A DNA stretch of 64,000 nt, taken from an uncultured bacterium. GTDB taxonomy: Bacteria > Fermentibacterota > Fermentibacteria > Fermentibacterales > JCC-6. The stretch is from the NCBI GenBank assembly GCA_964607515.1, contig CAZSKU010000001.1:62968-126967 (forward strand), given 5' to 3'. Both the position numbers and the translations under genes were made by a program. Of this stretch, positions 59,600 through 64,000 are shown in pieces. Position 1 is the first letter of the stretch; the number at the start of each line of letters is the position of its first letter. The notes beneath the pieces were generated by a model. It had not been told where the DNA came from. It did not search any database and was given only the letters and a program-made list of their open reading frames with translations.

Positions 59600-60657
59600 C
59601 CCCGACACCCGCCGAGACCGCGGCCATGGACAGGGCTCTGGCCCTGGCTCAGAGCGGTTGGCCGGAGGTGTTTCCCAATCCCATGGTAGGCGCGGTGATT
59701 CTGGACCGGGACGGCGCCGTTATCGGCGAGGCTCACCATGAATGCTGCGGAGCCCCCCACGCCGAGATCATGGCCATGGACTGCGCCCGGAGGGGTTTGG
59801 AAGGGGCCACCCTGGTGGTGACCCTGGAGCCCTGTGCGCACCAGGGCAGAACCCCGCCCTGCGTTGACCGGATAGCCTCCTCGGGCATCCGGAGGGTGGT
59901 GGCGGCCATGACGGACCCGGATCCCCGGGTGAGCGGCCGTGGCTTCGAATACCTCCGGAGCCGGGGGATTGAGGTGGTTGCCGGTGTCAGGGAGAAGGAG
60001 GCCCTGGAGCTGAACAGGGTGTGGATACACTGCCTCAAGACCCGCAGGAGCTTTCTCCATCTCAAGATGGCCGTCTCGCTGGACGGCAGGGCGGCAGCCT
60101 CCGACGGCAGCAGCCGCTGGATCACCGGCCCCGAATCCCGGAAGAGAGTGAGGAGGATGCGGGGTGAATCCCACGCGGTAATGGTGGGTTCGGGTACCGT
60201 CCTCCTGGACAACCCCTCCCTGTCCCACGACGGCCCAGGCCCCGGACCCGTCCGGATAGTTGTTTCCGGAAGCCCTCTTCCGGAGGAGCTCAGGGTGTAC
60301 TCCGACCACGGAAGGACCATCACCGCGGTGCCCGGGGGATCCGCCTGGACCCCCCGGGGAGAATCCATAGTGTTCGGCGACCTGGCGGACCTTCTTGCCC
60401 GAACCCTATCCCTGGGGCTGGGACTGGTGCTCTGCGAGGGCGGCCCCAGGCTTGCCACCGCGTTGATCAACGAGGCCCTGGTGGACCGGATAAGCGTGTT
60501 CACGGCGCCCAAGCTGCTCGGGGGCGGAGGAGTTCCGTTGTTCCACGATCTCTGGATCACCGACGTGGGAAGCGCCCTGTCGGTGGAGGACGTGGTTTCT
60601 GAGAGACTCGGGGGGGATACCCTGGTGGAGGGCAGGCTTGTTTACCGGTCTGATTGA
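59596..60657 (+). CDS. ribD: Bifunctional diaminohydroxyphosphoribosylaminopyrimidine deaminase / reductase
   Basis: PNPMVGAV, HAE, TLEPCAHQGRTPPC, SLDGR.A, VG.GTV..DNP, EGG; GTG start overlaps the upstream stop. Confidence 0.96.
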   Translation: MTPTPAETAAMDRALALAQSGWPEVFPNPMVGAVILDRDGAVIGEAHHECCGAPHAEIMAMDCARRGLEGATLVVTLEPCAHQGRTPPCVDRIASSGIRRVVAAMTDPDPRVSGRGFEYLRSRGIEVVAGVREKEALELNRVWIHCLKTRRSFLHLKMAVSLDGRAAASDGSSRWITGPESRKRVRRMRGESHAVMVGSGTVLLDNPSLSHDGPGPGPVRIVVSGSPLPEELRVYSDHGRTITAVPGGSAWTPRGESIVFGDLADLLARTLSLGLGLVLCEGGPRLATALINEALVDRISVFTAPKLLGGGGVPLFHDLWITDVGSALSVEDVVSERLGGDTLVEGRLVYRSD

Positions 60658-61240
60658 GGGAACCGGAAGGGTCGTAACCGCCGGGGAGACGCTGTCACTG
60701 GAAACCGGGCTGTCCCCGGAACTCCGCCCCGGCGACAGCCTGGCGGTGGACGGATCGTGCCTCACCGTGGAACGGCTCACCGGATCCACGGCCAGGTTCC
60801 GGGTGAGTCCCGAGACCCTTCGCAGAACGGTACCCCTTACTCCCGGCGTACGGGTGAACCTGGAGCGCCCGCTGGTCTTTTCAGGCAGGCTGCACGGACA
60901 CCTGGTGACCGGCCACGTGGACTGCACCGGCACCGTGGCTTCGGTGAGGAACCAGGGGAGATTCGCCCTGGTGGAGATAACATGCCCTTCAAGGTGGCAC
61001 GAACTGCTGGTGGAAAAGGGCTCTGCGGCGGTGAACGGGATCAGCCTCACGGTGGCTGACCTGCTGCCCGGGGCCGGCTTTTCCGTGGCGGTGATACCGG
61101 AAACCCTGGACAGAACCAACGCGGGTCTGTGGAAGCCGGGTTACAGGGTGAACATCGAGTTCGACATCGTGGGCAAGTATCTGCAGCGCTTCTTTCAACA
61201 GCGATCCAACGGATTGAGGGAAAAGCTTGAGCAATTCTGA
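60638..61240 (+). CDS. ribE: Riboflavin synthase alpha chain
   Basis: [45 protein letters not shown]. Confidence 0.96.
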   Translation: MFTGLIEGTGRVVTAGETLSLETGLSPELRPGDSLAVDGSCLTVERLTGSTARFRVSPETLRRTVPLTPGVRVNLERPLVFSGRLHGHLVTGHVDCTGTVASVRNQGRFALVEITCPSRWHELLVEKGSAAVNGISLTVADLLPGAGFSVAVIPETLDRTNAGLWKPGYRVNIEFDIVGKYLQRFFQQRSNGLREKLEQF

Positions 61241-62459
61241 ATTCGCCACCGTTCCGGAAACCCTGGAGGTGCTCCGGAATGGCGGAATGGTGATAGTGGT
61301 GGACGACGAGAACCGGGAGAACGAGGGCGACCTGATGATTGCCGCCGACCACTGCGGCACCGGGGCGGTTAACTTCATGGCCAGGCACGCCAGGGGGCTG
61401 ATCTGTCTGGCCATGGAAAGAGAGGCACTGGAGAGACTCGACCTCCGGGAGATGTGCCCGAGGAACACTTCCCTGCACGAGACCGCCTTCACCGTAAGCA
61501 TCGACGCGGCGGAAGGAGTCACCACGGGAATAAGCGCCGCGGACCGGGCAAGGACCATCGCCGTGGCAATAAATCCCGAATCCAGGCCGGATGATCTGGC
61601 CCGTCCCGGCCATGTCTTTCCCCTGGCGGCCAGGGAGGGGGGCGTACTCACCAGGGTGGGACACACCGAGGCCGCGGTGGACTTCGCCAGGCTGGCGGGG
61701 CTCTGCCCCGCCGGAGTCATCTGCGAGATCATGAACGACGACGGCACAATGGCCAGGCTGCCGCAGCTCCGGGAGTTCGCCGCCGTTCACGGTCTTCTGA
61801 TTACTTCGGTGGCGGAACTGGTGAACCATCGCAGAAGAACCGAGATACTGGTGGAGCTGCAGGCCGAGGCGGACCTGCCCACGGATTTCGGAGTGTTCCG
61901 GATGATGGTGTTCAGAAGCAGGGTGGACGGCGGCACCCACGTGGCCCTGGTGAAGGGCGACGTGCGGGGCAGGGAGAAGGTTCTGGTAAGGGTCCACTCC
62001 CAGTGCCTCACCGGAGACGTGTTCGGAAGCAGGCGCTGCGATTGCGGCTCTCAGCTTCACGGGGCCATGCGCAGGATATCCGAGGAAGGATTGGGGGTCG
62101 TGCTCTACATGGCTCAGGAGGGCAGGGGCATAGGACTGGCCAACAAGATCCGGGCTTACCACCTGCAGGACCACGGCCTGGACACTGTGGAGGCCAACGA
62201 GAAACTGGGTTTTCCCCCTGACCTCAGGGAGTACGGCACCGGGGCCCAGATTCTCACCCGGCTGGGTCTTTCCACCATCCGGCTGCTCACCAACAACCCC
62301 CAAAAAATCGTCGGGCTTTCGGGCTACGGCCTTACCGTTACCGAGAGGGTGGGCCTGGAAATACGTCCCACGAAAGAGAACAGGTTTTACCTCGCCACCA
62401 AGAAGAAGAAGATGGGTCACATCCTGAAGGGAGTCGGGGAAGATGGCATGGATTCATGA
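61227..62459 (+). CDS. ribBA: Bifunctional DHBP synthase / GTP cyclohydrolase II
   Basis: [55 protein letters not shown]. Confidence 0.97.
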   Translation: MSNSEFATVPETLEVLRNGGMVIVVDDENRENEGDLMIAADHCGTGAVNFMARHARGLICLAMEREALERLDLREMCPRNTSLHETAFTVSIDAAEGVTTGISAADRARTIAVAINPESRPDDLARPGHVFPLAAREGGVLTRVGHTEAAVDFARLAGLCPAGVICEIMNDDGTMARLPQLREFAAVHGLLITSVAELVNHRRRTEILVELQAEADLPTDFGVFRMMVFRSRVDGGTHVALVKGDVRGREKVLVRVHSQCLTGDVFGSRRCDCGSQLHGAMRRISEEGLGVVLYMAQEGRGIGLANKIRAYHLQDHGLDTVEANEKLGFPPDLREYGTGAQILTRLGLSTIRLLTNNPQKIVGLSGYGLTVTERVGLEIRPTKENRFYLATKKKKMGHILKGVGEDGMDS

Positions 62460-62964
62460 GGGACAGCTGGACGGGGAAGGGCTGAAGACGGCCCTGGTTG
62501 TGTCCAGGTTCAACGGCTTCATCACCGCGAAGCTTCTCGAAGGCGCCACCGACTGCCTTCTCCGTCACGGCGTGCTGGATGAGGACATGGACGTGTTCAT
62601 GGTTCCGGGCGCGTGGGAGATACCGGCCATGGCAGCCAGACTGGCCCGTTCCGGTGGATTCGACCTTGTCATCTGTCTGGGGGCGGTGATCCGGGGCGAG
62701 ACGCCGCACTTCGACCAGGTGGCCGGGGAGACCGCCCGGGGAGTCGGCCGGGCGGGGATGGAGGCTGATATCCCGGTGGTTTACGGAATCGTCACCGCTG
62801 ATACAGTGGAGCAGGCCGTGGACAGGGCCGGAGCCAAGGGCGGCAACAGGGGTTTCGACGCGGCCATGACGGGGCTGGAAATGGTGAACCTTTACCGACA
62901 GGTCTACGGTTTCAGCGGGGATGGCGGTGAACCGGCCCCCGGGGAAGAGAAGGAAAAAGCCTAA
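62443..62964 (+). CDS. ribH: 6,7-dimethyl-8-ribityllumazine synthase
   Basis: [37 protein letters not shown]. Confidence 0.96.
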   Translation: MAWIHEGQLDGEGLKTALVVSRFNGFITAKLLEGATDCLLRHGVLDEDMDVFMVPGAWEIPAMAARLARSGGFDLVICLGAVIRGETPHFDQVAGETARGVGRAGMEADIPVVYGIVTADTVEQAVDRAGAKGGNRGFDAAMTGLEMVNLYRQVYGFSGDGGEPAPGEEKEKA

Positions 62965-62967
62965 GCC

Positions 62968-63399
62968 GTGGGAATGCGCACCAGGGCCAGGAAGTTTCTG
63001 CTGCAGTGCCGCTACGCCGCCGAGCTGAGCGGCTCAGGCGTGTCGGCATGCATGGAGGACCTGGGCTTTCCGGCCCTCTTCGACCCGGATACCCGGACGC
63101 TTATCCGGAGCGTGGCCGAAGCATGTGAGAGAAACCGGGGGGATATTTCGGAACTGGTGAGCAGAGCCCTGTCAAACTGGTCTCTGGACCGCCTGTCCGC
63201 CGTCACCCGGCTGCTGCTGGAGCAGTCGGTGGCTGAAGCCCGTTTCCTGGGAACCCCGGCTCCGGTGGTAATCCGGGAGGCGGTGCGCATCGCCGAGGAG
63301 TTCGACCAGCCCGGTTCCGGGGCCTTCGTGAACGGCGTGCTTCACCGGGTTCTCGTGGAAGACGGAGGAGCCGGGCCTGCGGATTCGAATACTGAGTGA
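62968..63399 (+). CDS. nusB: Transcription antitermination factor NusB
   Basis: RTRAR, NWSLDRL, VVIREAV.IAEEF, FVNGVL; follows ribH. Confidence 0.88.
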   Translation: MGMRTRARKFLLQCRYAAELSGSGVSACMEDLGFPALFDPDTRTLIRSVAEACERNRGDISELVSRALSNWSLDRLSAVTRLLLEQSVAEARFLGTPAPVVIREAVRIAEEFDQPGSGAFVNGVLHRVLVEDGGAGPADSNTE

Positions 63400-64000
63400 C
63401 GTCCACGGCAACCTTCCCGCCCTGGAGAGGGTGCTGGCGCACAGCCATGGGCTTTCCTCCGACGAGACGGTCTGCCTGGGAGACGTGGTGGGCTACGGTC
63501 CGTGGCCTTCCGAGTGCGTGGCGCTGGTCCGGGATTCGTGTGGGCTGACCGTGGCGGGGAACCACGACCGGGGTTGCGCCGGGCTTCTAGCGCCCTCCCG
63601 GTTCAACGCCTGGGGCCGGGCGGCCCTGCTCTGGAGCATGGAAAGGCTCGCCCCGGAGGACGTGGAATGGCTCGCAGCGCTGCCCCTGAGGGCCGGCAGA
63701 CACGGGCTGGGTTTCTGCCACGCCCATCCGTCGTCCCCTGAATCATGGCGGTACATCGCGGGCCCGGAAAGCGCGGAGGAGGTGCTCAGGGAAACCCGAA
63801 ACGCCCCCTGGTTCTTCGGACACACCCACATACCGGGTGCGTGGGGGGCCGGAGGAACCTTCCGTTCCACGGAACGCCCGTCAGATCTGAAGGAGTTTCC
63901 CCTGGTGAACTGCGGCAGCGTGGGACAATCCAGGGACGGCGACCCCAGGGCTGCCTACATGGTCGTGGACACCCTTGAGGGCACCGCCGAGACGGTAAGG
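63377..64000 (+). CDS. Metallophosphoesterase, 3'-truncated; apparent CTG start (not in ORF track)
   Basis: (M)RIRILSDVHGN, CLGDVVGYG, GNHD, HAHP, GHTH, NCGSVGQSRDGDPRA. An in-frame stop at 63329 leaves no ATG/GTG/TTG before the first motif; GGAGGA lies upstream of the CTG. Confidence 0.88.
   Translation, partial: MRIRILSDVHGNLPALERVLAHSHGLSSDETVCLGDVVGYGPWPSECVALVRDSCGLTVAGNHDRGCAGLLAPSRFNAWGRAALLWSMERLAPEDVEWLAALPLRAGRHGLGFCHAHPSSPESWRYIAGPESAEEVLRETRNAPWFFGHTHIPGAWGAGGTFRSTERPSDLKEFPLVNCGSVGQSRDGDPRAAYMVVDTLEGTAETVR

Overview
A GC-rich, gene-dense bacterial chromosomal segment of about 60 CDSs. No tRNA, rRNA, CRISPR array, IS element or prophage was seen. Core genes: argF, rsgA, ftsB, eno, hflKC, uvrA, dnaK-grpE-dnaJ, metK, holB-ricT-metG, aspS, ribD-ribE-ribBA-ribH-nusB. 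These are interleaved with fermentative and amino-acid genes (mcm, buk, ptb, lat, a biotin-less carboxyltransferase), scattered envelope-glycan genes (two GT2, a GT4, a GT-C-like protein, a NodU-type carbamoyltransferase, an RfbD-like protein, an O-antigen-ligase-like protein, wecB), two sigma54 activators, an HD-GYP regulator and many exported proteins. Three exported proteins end in a T9SS/FlgD-like tail (PNP...DLAGR) and one ends in TWGAIKAVF. Together with Shine-Dalgarno-led genes and TTGACA-type promoters, this suggests a non-Bacteroidota FCB-group anaerobe such as Fermentibacterota (inference only). Best signals: (1) strong enrichment of the Bacteroidota-type O-glycosylation sequon D-[ST]-[AILMTV] in exported proteins, with candidate transferases in the window; (2) a complete promoter / SAM-II riboswitch / terminator unit before metK, with a visible antiterminator pairing; (3) a sigma54 -24/-12 promoter before dnaK with no CIRCE or HAIR; (4) two different C-terminal sorting-like tails clustered around a C25 peptidase, a ligase-like protein and a chaperone-like lipoprotein. 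Two genes missing from the ORF track were recovered. All calls come from reading motifs by eye; no database searches were run.
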